From Pseudobdellovibrionaceae bacterium (GTDB lineage Bacteria; Bdellovibrionota; Bdellovibrionia; Bdellovibrionales; Bdellovibrionaceae): a stretch of 41,781 bases of DNA. Below, piece by piece: positions 26,401 through 34,663 of this stretch. The position numbers and the translations under genes were made by a program. The stretch spans positions 1 through 41,781 of the forward strand of contig JBDHWW010000026.1 of the NCBI GenBank assembly GCA_039810425.1. Direction: 5' to 3'. Under the pieces are notes generated by a model. The model did not search any database, was not told where the DNA came from, and worked only from the letters and a program-made list of their open reading frames with translations. Position 1 is the first letter of the stretch. Each line of letters opens with the position of its first letter.

Positions 26401-26612
26401 GCCAGCAGCAGCAAACGCTCCTTCAATTCTTGTGTCGCTTTACGTGTGAATGTCGTGACCACAATGCGTGGAAAGCGCTGGTTTTGTTGCTTAAAGTCCG
26501 AAGCGTGGTTCAAAAACAAATGCGTCAACGTCGTGGTCTTACCCGCCCCGGCACCAGCTCTGAGGATGATGTCTCTTAGTTCAGATGCGGCGCCCGGCAC
26601 AGCACACTCCAT
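23499..26612 (-). CDS. addA: AddA: UvrD-type helicase with C-terminal PD-(D/E)XK nuclease
   Basis: AGAGAGKT, TFTRKATQEL, STIHG, IDEYQDTS, VGDPQQSIYLFRGA, NYRS, MTIHASKGLQF, YVALTRA, GQIDL..DYKTG. Exact start uncertain (ATG 26612 or GTG 26600). Confidence 0.9.
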   Translation of the reverse strand: MECAVPGAASELRDIILRAGAGAGKTTTLTHLFLNHASDFKQQNQRFPRIVVTTFTRKATQELKERLLLLALEQQRADLFHYITNKSQVQISTIHGVLSLFLGRYGNKIGLSSDFKLLSGPQEILVRRKILRRLILSEPEYESLLESYSFRQLEGALQKHYENSFLYKNFRYIRKEEFARDLQRHLMELEALRKECSQQILAETQQASWVKYAEGLQRFSLRVEAEKAPDAILAIKNFFADNPRKPSLSAKNPAVSDDTGDMLASLVGALKDLLDSPEYLPAYWEEHEKKNEIFHKLAGNFTKDLFETKMTSGSITMGDLELLSLKLVNESPEACQSFASEWDYWMIDEYQDTSPVQVTLLKAMVGDRKSFVVGDPQQSIYLFRGARSEVFQDKVLSVHESGGEAQEKLVNYRSIPRLLHFINYYFLNSSDQFAAMEPAPGKELGDVRNPVAQLRLIEKAEVLSGLSEETQAALERIQELMSSGVDAEKICVLSRTRSALESLAKAADAYGVPVQIHVAGGYFARREVKDALAFLKFLVNPHDNVNFLACLRSPWLPIKDQDILSYCHSKAFSFWSQALKLVSDSETRHPVNVMKKYLQMSQGLGFSFVLRRMLVELGLLDFAQKLDPTGRREANLWKLISNLFEQERSPGFNFLDFVAGLQESPDLESGGEDSDATPVIAPKRVNLMTIHASKGLQFEQVILLGMTSKPRLSQSELFSVDEETGQWSLSLMNEEERKAQPSRLAIRVKEKFNQRELQEHLRVLYVALTRAKDGLTMTWAGKAEKNSWAATCPLQLTTGTHQEKDFAYSILEGPFEPQVLVHEGLQEQQDPGPWQNEILESTHQTMAVTKLIASEMESAAKAQAIPASVLQKALGKAYRGTEAHRIFESLKYTDAETVMETLDDEGLKEAVRFIATTKEVPLLDVIRQGYVEWGFSFQHQDFWIQGQIDLWGKVGVDIWIVDYKTGSSDYAATAFDQLRAYTWALHRMGFVQKDSQVHLAVVYPFEKKIKTEKSLDLVKLEASIAARTSSALVADLA

Positions 26613-29320
26613 TCACATGACTGGCAAGTTTTAACATCGAAAGGCCGCGGCTCAATATCGCCTTTCTGAATTTTAACGACGACTTCAAGAATGATCTGCT
26701 CAAATTTGGTGAGAAGTTCTTTCTTATCTTCGCCCGAGGCTTTCACCCCTTTACGGCCTGCCGGCCTGAATAACGGCCCGGCATGCTCTTCGAGCTGAAA
26801 ACCTTTTTCACGGTGGAAATCTTTAAAGCTGTAATAAAACGCACCAACCACTTCGCCCCGGACCTCGTCGAGCATTTCCCTTTCCAGCGCCCACATATAG
26901 AACAGCAATTGAAGCTCTTGATTTTCAAGCCATGCTGAATGGTTTTTATAGGCCGCGTGGCTCGATTTGTAATCTATAACCACGTGATGGTCCGTATCGC
27001 GGTGACGATCTATACGGTCGATCTTGCCTGAAAACTTGAGCGTGCCGGCCTTTTCTTCGCGATGAACTTCCCCATTCTGCGGATTGAAGTAAAATGTGAA
27101 ATCTTTTTCGGCGGCAAGAGTCACCGTATCCGGAAACTCGCGGCGCCATTCTTTCTCGAATTGCAGGAATCGCCTTGCCAACGCCACATAACGGCGCTTC
27201 ATCGATGCCCACAAGCGTGGATCCGCCAGCATGACTTTGTTATTGGTTTTCAGTTCTTCGAGGATCTGGTGAATCTGCGCATCATCTAAATCGTCACGGA
27301 ATTCCGGATAGGTCAGTTTCTCAAAGAGCGCGTGGGCCAGCGTCCCCTTGCTGCGTGCATCTTCATCGAGATCCAGATCCGGATGGTCTTGGAGTCTAAA
27401 AATCTTTTGCGAGGCAAAAACAAACGGACACTGCAAATAGCGTTCAATCTGCGAGGCCGACAAACTTGGGGTTTGTGCTAGCTCTAAGCTCGGGATCGGC
27501 ATCCGGCCACGATCCATATCGAGGCGCATATTAAAAAATTCTTTTTCACTGGCGTTACGGCCCCGAAGGTCCAAAATCTCTTCATCCCGCGCGCATTGAA
27601 GCGCGTCCCAGCGAGTCGCCCCCGGCAAAGCGATGGCTTCAGCGGGTTTCAAGCTCATCCAAAAATTAGAAGGTGACAAAAGCCCCCCGGAAAAATCCGC
27701 CAAACCAAAGCAGTACAAATTCTTTTCACCCGGGGCTTCCGCCAGCCATCGCAACTGGAATTCTTTAAATGAATGATCTGGGTGCTCCAGATAGAAACCC
27801 AGATCTAAAGCCAAGCGGTTCAAATCCGCTCCAAGAATGTGGCTGCGCTCGCGATTTTTAAGGTTTTCATCGCAAAGACCCAAAAAAATCTTGTAAGACA
27901 TTTTGTAAGATTGCGCCGACATCAGCTGAGTGACAACAAGACCCTCCGCAGAACCGTTGACCGCTTTCATCTCTTTATTGGCGAGGATGTTTTCAAGGTA
28001 GGTCATCCACTCTTTATAGCTGAGCTCAATCTTGGCGGCGGCATTCTGGAAAACCTCACGCAAAACCACGATCAGCATATCGGTTTGCTTTTCGCCGCGC
28101 TGCCAGGACTTCAAAGCCTGAGCCAAGAACTGATCACGCGACAAGGTTTTACTAAGATCATCGACCCCGTGATACAGCTTGTAGACCCTCTCTTCGCGCG
28201 CAAGATCTTCCTCGCCATAAACGGCTTTAAAGAGCGCCCCGAATTCTTCATAGCGCAGCATCTGGGCTTCGGGACGCGCGTAAAATGAAACTTCAAGATC
28301 GGCCGCAGTCACACGCGAAGTCTGCGCGCGCAACGTCGCAATCCATTGCTGAAGCGCCGGCAAGCTCTGCAGTTTTACGCTGAGGTCTTTTTGAAAGGGA
28401 ATTCCCTCTTGCTCCAGAAAAGGACTCAGCACCGGCCAGTACATCTCGATATCCGGGGCAATCACCGCGATTTGCGCAGGCTTGACTCCGGCGGCAAGCC
28501 AAGTACGAATCTGGCTGCAGGTGTTTTTTACTTCTGAAAGCATTCCGGAAAGGCGCAGGGCTTCTGCCGGCGCCGGCGGCGTCTTCCCTGTGGCCTTCAA
28601 CATTTCAACCTTTGCGGCGAGCGGTCTTAGATACTCGTAAGGTTGCAGTAGGTATTTAAATTCCCCGTGCCAAGCAGGACGAGGCTCAATCACCAGCACG
28701 CCTTGTTTAAAGCTTAAACGCTGAAAAACTTCGGCCTCAACAGTTGAAATTTCAGAACCCAAGTCGACGATCAGATCACGATCCCAAGCAGTTTCGAGTC
28801 CATCGATCTCCTGCAAGTAACTGGGAATCCAATCGGCGATGATAACTCTTTTCTCGTGAATCATCCAGCGCAGGGCAATTCTGGCAATTAAGTACCAGCT
28901 CTGCCAACGCAAAGAAATTTCGGGATGATCCGCGAACCATTTTGAAATCTGCTCATCGGAATCGGCCGCCAATGCCAGTGGTGCCAGCTGAGTCATGTAG
29001 TTAAACAAACTCTTCTCGGAAGTGGAGTTCATTTGAAAGGCGACGCTGTTTTGATCCACAAAAGCACGTAGCAATGAGCGCGCAAAATCCTTTGAGACAA
29101 TACGTAAGTCTGGCGAAAGCCTCTTCAGCAACTGGTTCCAGAGATCGCTTGCACGCAAAACGGCACTGTCCAAGAAATAGCCTTGGCGCGCGATCAGCAA
29201 CTTTTGCATTTCAAGTTTTGTCCGAAGATCCGACACCACCCAAGATTGGGTCTGCGGATTGAACGAAGCAAAAAGTTCTTCGATTTGCGTGGGTGAGGAA
29301 ATCTGGGCGATCTTTAGCAT
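26576..29320 (-). CDS. addB: AddB: inactive helicase-like domain + PD-(D/E)XK nuclease with Fe-S cluster cysteines
   Basis: LSASQIERYLQCPF, GTLAH, GKIDRID, IDYKS, QLLFY, C-terminal CQSCEWSVLC. Directly upstream of addA. Confidence 0.88.
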   Translation of the reverse strand: MLKIAQISSPTQIEELFASFNPQTQSWVVSDLRTKLEMQKLLIARQGYFLDSAVLRASDLWNQLLKRLSPDLRIVSKDFARSLLRAFVDQNSVAFQMNSTSEKSLFNYMTQLAPLALAADSDEQISKWFADHPEISLRWQSWYLIARIALRWMIHEKRVIIADWIPSYLQEIDGLETAWDRDLIVDLGSEISTVEAEVFQRLSFKQGVLVIEPRPAWHGEFKYLLQPYEYLRPLAAKVEMLKATGKTPPAPAEALRLSGMLSEVKNTCSQIRTWLAAGVKPAQIAVIAPDIEMYWPVLSPFLEQEGIPFQKDLSVKLQSLPALQQWIATLRAQTSRVTAADLEVSFYARPEAQMLRYEEFGALFKAVYGEEDLAREERVYKLYHGVDDLSKTLSRDQFLAQALKSWQRGEKQTDMLIVVLREVFQNAAAKIELSYKEWMTYLENILANKEMKAVNGSAEGLVVTQLMSAQSYKMSYKIFLGLCDENLKNRERSHILGADLNRLALDLGFYLEHPDHSFKEFQLRWLAEAPGEKNLYCFGLADFSGGLLSPSNFWMSLKPAEAIALPGATRWDALQCARDEEILDLRGRNASEKEFFNMRLDMDRGRMPIPSLELAQTPSLSASQIERYLQCPFVFASQKIFRLQDHPDLDLDEDARSKGTLAHALFEKLTYPEFRDDLDDAQIHQILEELKTNNKVMLADPRLWASMKRRYVALARRFLQFEKEWRREFPDTVTLAAEKDFTFYFNPQNGEVHREEKAGTLKFSGKIDRIDRHRDTDHHVVIDYKSSHAAYKNHSAWLENQELQLLFYMWALEREMLDEVRGEVVGAFYYSFKDFHREKGFQLEEHAGPLFRPAGRKGVKASGEDKKELLTKFEQIILEVVVKIQKGDIEPRPFDVKTCQSCEWSVLCRAPHLN

Positions 29321-29327
29321 TCCCCAA

Positions 29328-29356
29328 ACTATAAAAGACTAACGACGTTGTTTCAA
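29328..29356 (-). promoter_or_regulatory. Candidate sigma70 promoter of addBA
   Basis: TTGAAA-17 nt-TATAGT, 7 nt before the addB ATG. The -35 lies within the upstream gene. Confidence 0.55.
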
Positions 29357-30445
29357 CTTACGTTTTTTGCCTCCAGAATTTGTCAGTTTAAAATCGGCGT
29401 CAAAACTCAAATCTAGACTGAGGCCGATCTCAACTCGATTTTGAGGAGTCTGGCCCGGATAGGCCCCGGTTTCCTCTGTGTACATCGCAGCATCGAGGCG
29501 AATAAAGAGAATGTTGATGCCCGCTCCGTAGGTTGCATACCCCTGGTTGATACCGCCGCGCAAGTCAATGAAGGGCAAAGACACTTCCGTGCCGAGGTGC
29601 AGTTTTTGTCCCAAGGGATATTCGCTCTCAGTGATGTGACGATATTCAAACCCCATCGTCCAATCGAGCCCCGGCAGATCCGTCAGAGTGGAAATACCCA
29701 AGCTCAAATTATCATGAATACGCGGTGGCGCATCAGCCCCTGCAGATTTTGTAAATGCCGTCGAGCCCACGTCTTGCCACACGAGTGAAAACGTCGGGTT
29801 GAAGAGCGGCACGGGAATCGTTGTTTGCGCTGCCAAGTCGACGCCGTAGCCATTGCCTTTGTTTTGAAATTGGTCTTGGATATCTGAAAGATTCCCGCTC
29901 GCGATCACACCCAAGTCGATATCCTGCTCACCGCCCCAGCGGCTAATTCTCTTAAAAGAAACGCCACCATAGGAGGTCGGCCCCAGCGGAAAGGCCCCGC
30001 CGACAACGAGGCCGTAGTCGCTCAAGAAAGTTGTATCGAACTGCGGGAATGCCGGATTATGCAGCACCAAGTGAGTCTGAGTGTCGGTGTACGCACCGAC
30101 ACCGAAAAATGGCAGCGTCACGGCCGTTTTACCACCAGCACGAATCCAAACATCCTTGCCGAAGAATTGATTGAAACTGTTCGGATCGTTGGTATCGATG
30201 CCACGGAAATTGTTATAGACGTCGACACCATTGATACCGAACTCAACGTTCATCACTTGCCAATTCAGTCCTGAAGTTCTGCCGAGGGCCGCGGGGTTGA
30301 CGAAGATCGCATTGGAATCGTTGACGATGGACATGTAAATGCCCCCCATTCCATTGCCTCTCACATTGTGGTGGGTTTCAATGGCTTCACCGGCTTTCGC
30401 GTGCACTGAAATTAGAATGAGGAGAGTAATTATGAGACTTCTCAT
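29339..30445 (-). CDS. FadL/TraF_2-like outer-membrane beta-barrel, paralogue A
   Basis: Signal peptide, RGNGMGG..NDSNAIFVNPAALG, GYGVDL, LRGGINQGYATYGAG. Start 30445 by ATGA overlap. Confidence 0.72.
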   Translation of the reverse strand: MRSLIITLLILISVHAKAGEAIETHHNVRGNGMGGIYMSIVNDSNAIFVNPAALGRTSGLNWQVMNVEFGINGVDVYNNFRGIDTNDPNSFNQFFGKDVWIRAGGKTAVTLPFFGVGAYTDTQTHLVLHNPAFPQFDTTFLSDYGLVVGGAFPLGPTSYGGVSFKRISRWGGEQDIDLGVIASGNLSDIQDQFQNKGNGYGVDLAAQTTIPVPLFNPTFSLVWQDVGSTAFTKSAGADAPPRIHDNLSLGISTLTDLPGLDWTMGFEYRHITESEYPLGQKLHLGTEVSLPFIDLRGGINQGYATYGAGINILFIRLDAAMYTEETGAYPGQTPQNRVEIGLSLDLSFDADFKLTNSGGKKRKLKQRR

Positions 30446-31272
30446 GGGCAGACACAGGTTGTGGGGTTCGCATTGTTGCAACTGCCAATACCCATCGCTT
30501 GGGCATTCATCAACGCCCGGCCAATCATGATGGGCGGATCGAACTCATCCGCGCCGGCACCGCTGCCACCGTTATAATCCAATGCCGGAAGAGCCGCGCC
30601 ATAGTCGTGAATAAACGTGGTGATATCACCAACGCCGCTGAGAGTTCCACCCACGGCCGCAAATTGCGCAAGGAACTTATAAAAGCTCGCCATAATTTCT
30701 TGGACTGTGGCAATAGGAACGCTGGTTCTGCAGTCGTAGGTGCCATCCACCGTGCCATCGCCCGTCGATGTCGGTGTAATGTCGGCGACGGCGCGAATTT
30801 GATTTCCCATTTTGGCGAGTTCGAGAATCATGAGGAATAAATTCTGGCTCTGGGTTCTCGATCCGATCGGACCAATGCCCTCGATGAGGGTCTCCGCCGC
30901 TTGGCAATCTGCATAGTTAGCCGTGTCAACACCGACAAATCCATTCATTGCTAGCTTAAACAGCCCGGCTGAAGTGCCCCCGGTCAGATTCCTGACAAAA
31001 GGCAGGAACTCCATCCCACAGCGGGCGGCATAGGCTCCCGCGAGACTCTCCTTGGTGCGGGATTCCGCTTGGAATGCCGCCGTCGTCGATCGCAGTTTTG
31101 AAATGGCGGCCGTGTAATCGCCGCCGTCGATCAGCTTTTGCGCGTCCTCAAACAAAGCTTCGTCGGATTCTTTGTTTGATGCGAGATCCTTATAGAGATT
31201 CGAGCCCGTACACGATAACGTGCCGGCCACGATGATCAGGATCTGCAGTATTTTAAACAAATTCCATCTCAT
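30442..31272 (-). CDS. Hypothetical helical (TPR-like) Cys-rich lipoprotein, paralogue 1
   Basis: Lipobox TLSC, DAQKLIDGGDYTAAI, GAYAARCGMEF. Confidence 0.72.
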   Translation of the reverse strand: MRWNLFKILQILIIVAGTLSCTGSNLYKDLASNKESDEALFEDAQKLIDGGDYTAAISKLRSTTAAFQAESRTKESLAGAYAARCGMEFLPFVRNLTGGTSAGLFKLAMNGFVGVDTANYADCQAAETLIEGIGPIGSRTQSQNLFLMILELAKMGNQIRAVADITPTSTGDGTVDGTYDCRTSVPIATVQEIMASFYKFLAQFAAVGGTLSGVGDITTFIHDYGAALPALDYNGGSGAGADEFDPPIMIGRALMNAQAMGIGSCNNANPTTCVCP

Positions 31273-31289
31273 TTTTCGATCTCTCCACG

Positions 31290-32372
31290 TTAGAATCGAT
31301 ACGAGAACTTAAAAACAGTTCGCCGGTCTTCACGAGTCGCTACGCCGTTACCGATTTCTTCGCCATAAGTCGCAAGTTGAAACTGAAGCTTTTCCGAAGC
31401 GAGCTCCAATCCTGCCGTGTAATATCTTTGATTATAACCCGCGCGCAAAAAGAAGATGTCGCTGAAGTTGAATTCAACACCTCCGTGTATCAATTTAGAC
31501 TTATCATCCACTTGAGATGATGTTAATAAGCCACGGTACTCCACCGTCCAAGACGAGCGCACTCTGTTCGAGTGGATTGGGAAGATCGCCATCGCGACAT
31601 CGACATCTTGAGGCACCATATTAGGACGGCTGTTCGCACTGAGGCGGGCGCCATCGGCTTTATCAAACGTTGTATTTCCGACATCGTGGACAACCGCGCT
31701 GATCGTCGGTAACAGCGCCCATGGCGCTGCCAACATCAGGCCGACATCCGTGCTGAGTCCCGTGCCTTCAGATGCGATGGATCTTAAATCCAAAGGCCCA
31801 TTAGGATCCAAAGTCTGATTGTCGACCTCGATGCGATTGATGAGTTTGGCATTAAAACCCAGCTTGATCCGGCCGTCAAAAAAACGGAAGTTATAACCCA
31901 ATGCCAAAGCAAGGTCGTTACGGTAGTAAGTATCCATGCTGGTGCCGGCGGCGTTCATTTCCGTATCCAAAAGATAGTTCGTGTAAATACCGATCCCGAA
32001 GTTCTTCGCCACCAATGATGGGAAGAGCTGGAATTTCGCGTGATAATATGTTTCTGGCGAAGCCGCCACCGTGTCTTTAATCGAGGCGATATTAAACGGC
32101 TGGGTGATTGAGGATGTTTGGTTCATGCTATTCACGTTGTTTGAAAAATCGAGCTCTGGGTCGAGGACCGTCCCATAAAAATCCCGTAGCTTTCCGAGAG
32201 CCGCCGGGTTGATAAGCAAAGCCGTCTCGTCATTCACGGTGGCGACCTGCGCTCCGCCCATGCCAAGCCCGCGCACTCCTTCATAGAAGGGGTGCAACTC
32301 GCGGGCCCATGTCGTGTGCGCGCTGAGTAGTAGTCCGCCAAATATCCAGAATATCGTCGAAATCCTTTTCAT
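31290..32372 (-). CDS. FadL/TraF_2-like outer-membrane beta-barrel, paralogue B
   Basis: Signal peptide, RGLGMGG..NDETALLINPAALG, LRAGYNQRYYTAGL, TYGEEIG, terminal YRF. Start reassigned to MKRIS (32372). Confidence 0.72.
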   Translation of the reverse strand: MKRISTIFWIFGGLLLSAHTTWARELHPFYEGVRGLGMGGAQVATVNDETALLINPAALGKLRDFYGTVLDPELDFSNNVNSMNQTSSITQPFNIASIKDTVAASPETYYHAKFQLFPSLVAKNFGIGIYTNYLLDTEMNAAGTSMDTYYRNDLALALGYNFRFFDGRIKLGFNAKLINRIEVDNQTLDPNGPLDLRSIASEGTGLSTDVGLMLAAPWALLPTISAVVHDVGNTTFDKADGARLSANSRPNMVPQDVDVAMAIFPIHSNRVRSSWTVEYRGLLTSSQVDDKSKLIHGGVEFNFSDIFFLRAGYNQRYYTAGLELASEKLQFQLATYGEEIGNGVATREDRRTVFKFSYRF

Positions 32373-32406
32373 CTTATATCCCACGTCCTCATAGACGTTA
32401 TTTTTC

Positions 32407-32434
32407 CCATCGGCAGAAATGCCTCTCAAGTTGA
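32407..32434 (-). promoter_or_regulatory. Candidate sigma28 (FliA)-like promoter of the barrel B-lipoprotein 1-barrel A operon
   Basis: TCAAC-N15-GCCGATGG on the minus strand. Confidence 0.35.
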
Positions 32435-32499
32435 GACATATCCGAGAAATACGGGCCGAGGTCGCGGCTGGCTCGACTTAGGTCACGAGGAATAAAATT

Positions 32500-32528
32500 T
32501 TGTCCACCCCGGGAAACTACCGTAGAAT
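32500..32528 (+). promoter_or_regulatory. Candidate sigma70 promoter
   Basis: TTGTCC-17 nt-TAGAAT upstream of the GGAGG SD and ATG 32565. Confidence 0.5.
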
Positions 32529-32564
32529 AATAGAGAGAAATTTGCTTTGCGGAGGACGTTTTCG

Positions 32565-33278
32565 ATGATCAATGGAAGAAGGAATTTAGCTGCTATTTTT
32601 ATTTTAACAGCAACCACGGCTCTCGTGTCTTGCGGTAAAAAAGACGCCGACAAAATCGGTGAAGCGCAACTGTGCTTGGACAAAGCGACTCAAACCACTG
32701 CGGCTGAGTGCAAAGCGATGGTGGACGGGATCGAAAAAACCGGCGCCTACGCGATCCGCTGCTCTGCGAACTTTATGACTGAAGGCTTCACTCAATCTGC
32801 CCGCTTTAAGCAAGCTTTCGACGCTTTCGATAACAATAGCCCTAATAATACGGAAGCATTCATGAGTGTCATGACATTCAAAAACCTCACAACCATTGAT
32901 GCAAACGTAAGTTTTGCGAATGAAACCTTCGAGTATTGCGCTAAAACCGGCTCCAAGGGCTTGATGTTGTTGGGAACAATGGCCAGCACATCTACGACGC
33001 TTTCAAAAGTGGCAAACTCTCTGACCGGCGGCACTTCTGGCTCGGCGCCTGATGCGACTCAGATTAACCAGGCACTCAATGATTTAAAAAACGGCAACAA
33101 CCCAGCTGCTGTTCAGGCGATTGGCAGCGTAGTTTCTTCGACTTACGCGACAAGCTGTCAATCAGGCAGTGCCTCAAACCAATCTATCTGCGAACAGCTT
33201 GATGACGCTCTGAAAGGCGTAGATCTCAACGATCCCGCCGCCGTCGGCGCCGCTGTCATAGCAAAGTGGGCAAACTAA
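32565..33278 (+). CDS. Hypothetical helical Cys-rich lipoprotein, paralogue 2
   Basis: GGAGG SD, lipobox LVSC, EAQLCLDKA, GAYAIRCSANF, several further Cys. Confidence 0.75.
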   Translation: MINGRRNLAAIFILTATTALVSCGKKDADKIGEAQLCLDKATQTTAAECKAMVDGIEKTGAYAIRCSANFMTEGFTQSARFKQAFDAFDNNSPNNTEAFMSVMTFKNLTTIDANVSFANETFEYCAKTGSKGLMLLGTMASTSTTLSKVANSLTGGTSGSAPDATQINQALNDLKNGNNPAAVQAIGSVVSSTYATSCQSGSASNQSICEQLDDALKGVDLNDPAAVGAAVIAKWAN

Positions 33279-33419
33279 AAGGTACCTGGTCGCTTTTCAG
33301 AATTGACAATACAAATATAAAAAAAAACTCCGACGTTCTCGGAGGTTTTTTTATTTAAAAGGTCCGCATTTCGGAGCTTTTCAGATGTCAATTCTGAAAA
33401 GCGACCAGGTACCTTTTAG
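33275..33419. repeat. 145-bp element bounded by a perfect 34-bp inverted repeat (MITE/REP-like)
   Basis: 33275-33308 CTAAAAGGTACCTGGTCGCTTTTCAGAATTGACA is the exact reverse complement of 33386-33419. Confidence 0.85.
33319..33352. terminator. Bidirectional intrinsic terminator
   Basis: A9-CTCCGA-cgttc-TCGGAG-g-T7 between convergent genes. Confidence 0.8.
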
Positions 33420-34609
33420 AAGTTGATGTTGAGGCGGGCCATGTAGGTGCGGCTTTCTTGGGGGGTGCCTTGGGGGCCTACGTCCTCACCGTATGTTACA
33501 ACGTCCAAGTTGAAAAGTGCGAACTGGGCGCCCAAACCGGCACTCAGATAACCTTCGCTGATACCGACGTTGTAATGACCCTTCCACCAACTGAACATCG
33601 TCCAGTCAAACTCAAGACCGGCATGCAAACCTTTACGGAGACTGAAGAGCGGATGCCCGATATCGCGGATATCCAAAGTTCCGCGACCGCTAAAAATCCA
33701 CAAAGACGGATACTCCCAACGAGAACCAAGGTCCAAAACACGGTACAACTTCTCAGGCACCGCCGTTTTCTCTTTATTGATCAGTTTCAAAGACTGACCG
33801 AAACCAACTTCACCAACGTTGCGAACGACCGCACCGAAAGTCGGTTTTGCTAATGCCAACCAAGAGAGCAACCCCTCTGATGGAATATTCGGAGTCCACA
33901 ATGCACCGATATCCGCATCCACCGTGTAACCCTCATGCAAATCTTCTTTTTTCACAAGATTAGGATCTGTTGCCGCTTCTAGAGCAAGAATCGGCTTACT
34001 GAAATAGCCACGATTCACGAACTTACCAGTAATCCCCATTGAAAAACGAGAATCCGGGATCCAATCAAAATCACGTGCATAAGCATAAGCCAGAGTCGTG
34101 TCCGCATACACTGTCGTATTGATCGCAGGACCGACTTGATTATGAAGATCCATCTGCACAGTCACGTCCGCAGGTAAAACCGCAATCCCCCAATTTGGGC
34201 GAACCCAGATCCCTGACGGCCCCATCACACGCAAACCAAAGGAGTTGCCGGCGTTGGCGTCGATCACATCCCTGACCGCTTGTTGCTTAACGGCATCAGA
34301 TCCTGGGGTATTTTGTGCTTCTTCGATTTGTTTTGAGAAGTCGGCGAATTTTGGTGTCGCACCAACATCCAAAGAAAGATTCACTTCACCATCCGTGCGT
34401 CGAGCAAGGCCTGCAGGATTATAGAAAATTGCGCTGTAGTCGTTTGCCACCGCGATAAAGGCATCACCCATGCTCAGCGCACGGGGCGCCTGATATTGAT
34501 GATGAATTCTAAAACTAACACCGGTGTCATCAGCCGCAAAACTAAAAGGTCCAGAGGCCAAAACCACAAAGACCGACAATACAAGGAGCGTCCCTCTCCC
34601 AAAAACCAT
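33416..34609 (-). CDS. FadL/TraF_2-like outer-membrane beta-barrel, paralogue C
   Basis: GGAGG SD before ATG 34609, signal peptide, RALSMGD..NDYSAIFYNPAGLA, GYTVDADIG, TYGEDVG, terminal INF. Confidence 0.75.
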   Translation of the reverse strand: MVFGRGTLLVLSVFVVLASGPFSFAADDTGVSFRIHHQYQAPRALSMGDAFIAVANDYSAIFYNPAGLARRTDGEVNLSLDVGATPKFADFSKQIEEAQNTPGSDAVKQQAVRDVIDANAGNSFGLRVMGPSGIWVRPNWGIAVLPADVTVQMDLHNQVGPAINTTVYADTTLAYAYARDFDWIPDSRFSMGITGKFVNRGYFSKPILALEAATDPNLVKKEDLHEGYTVDADIGALWTPNIPSEGLLSWLALAKPTFGAVVRNVGEVGFGQSLKLINKEKTAVPEKLYRVLDLGSRWEYPSLWIFSGRGTLDIRDIGHPLFSLRKGLHAGLEFDWTMFSWWKGHYNVGISEGYLSAGLGAQFALFNLDVVTYGEDVGPQGTPQESRTYMARLNINF

Positions 34610-34663
34610 AATTCCTCCAATAAGACTTTCCAAAAATTGTATTCGTAAAATATACTTTCTTGT

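Noticed and set aside
23499..29320. Helicase-nuclease pair as an anti-phage defence system or Cas4-like module
   Set aside because: Motifs, sizes and order match housekeeping AddAB.
29339..34609. TraF-like barrels as evidence of a conjugative element
   Set aside because: No relaxase, VirB4, coupling protein or integrase, and the flanks are core genes (addB, coaE).
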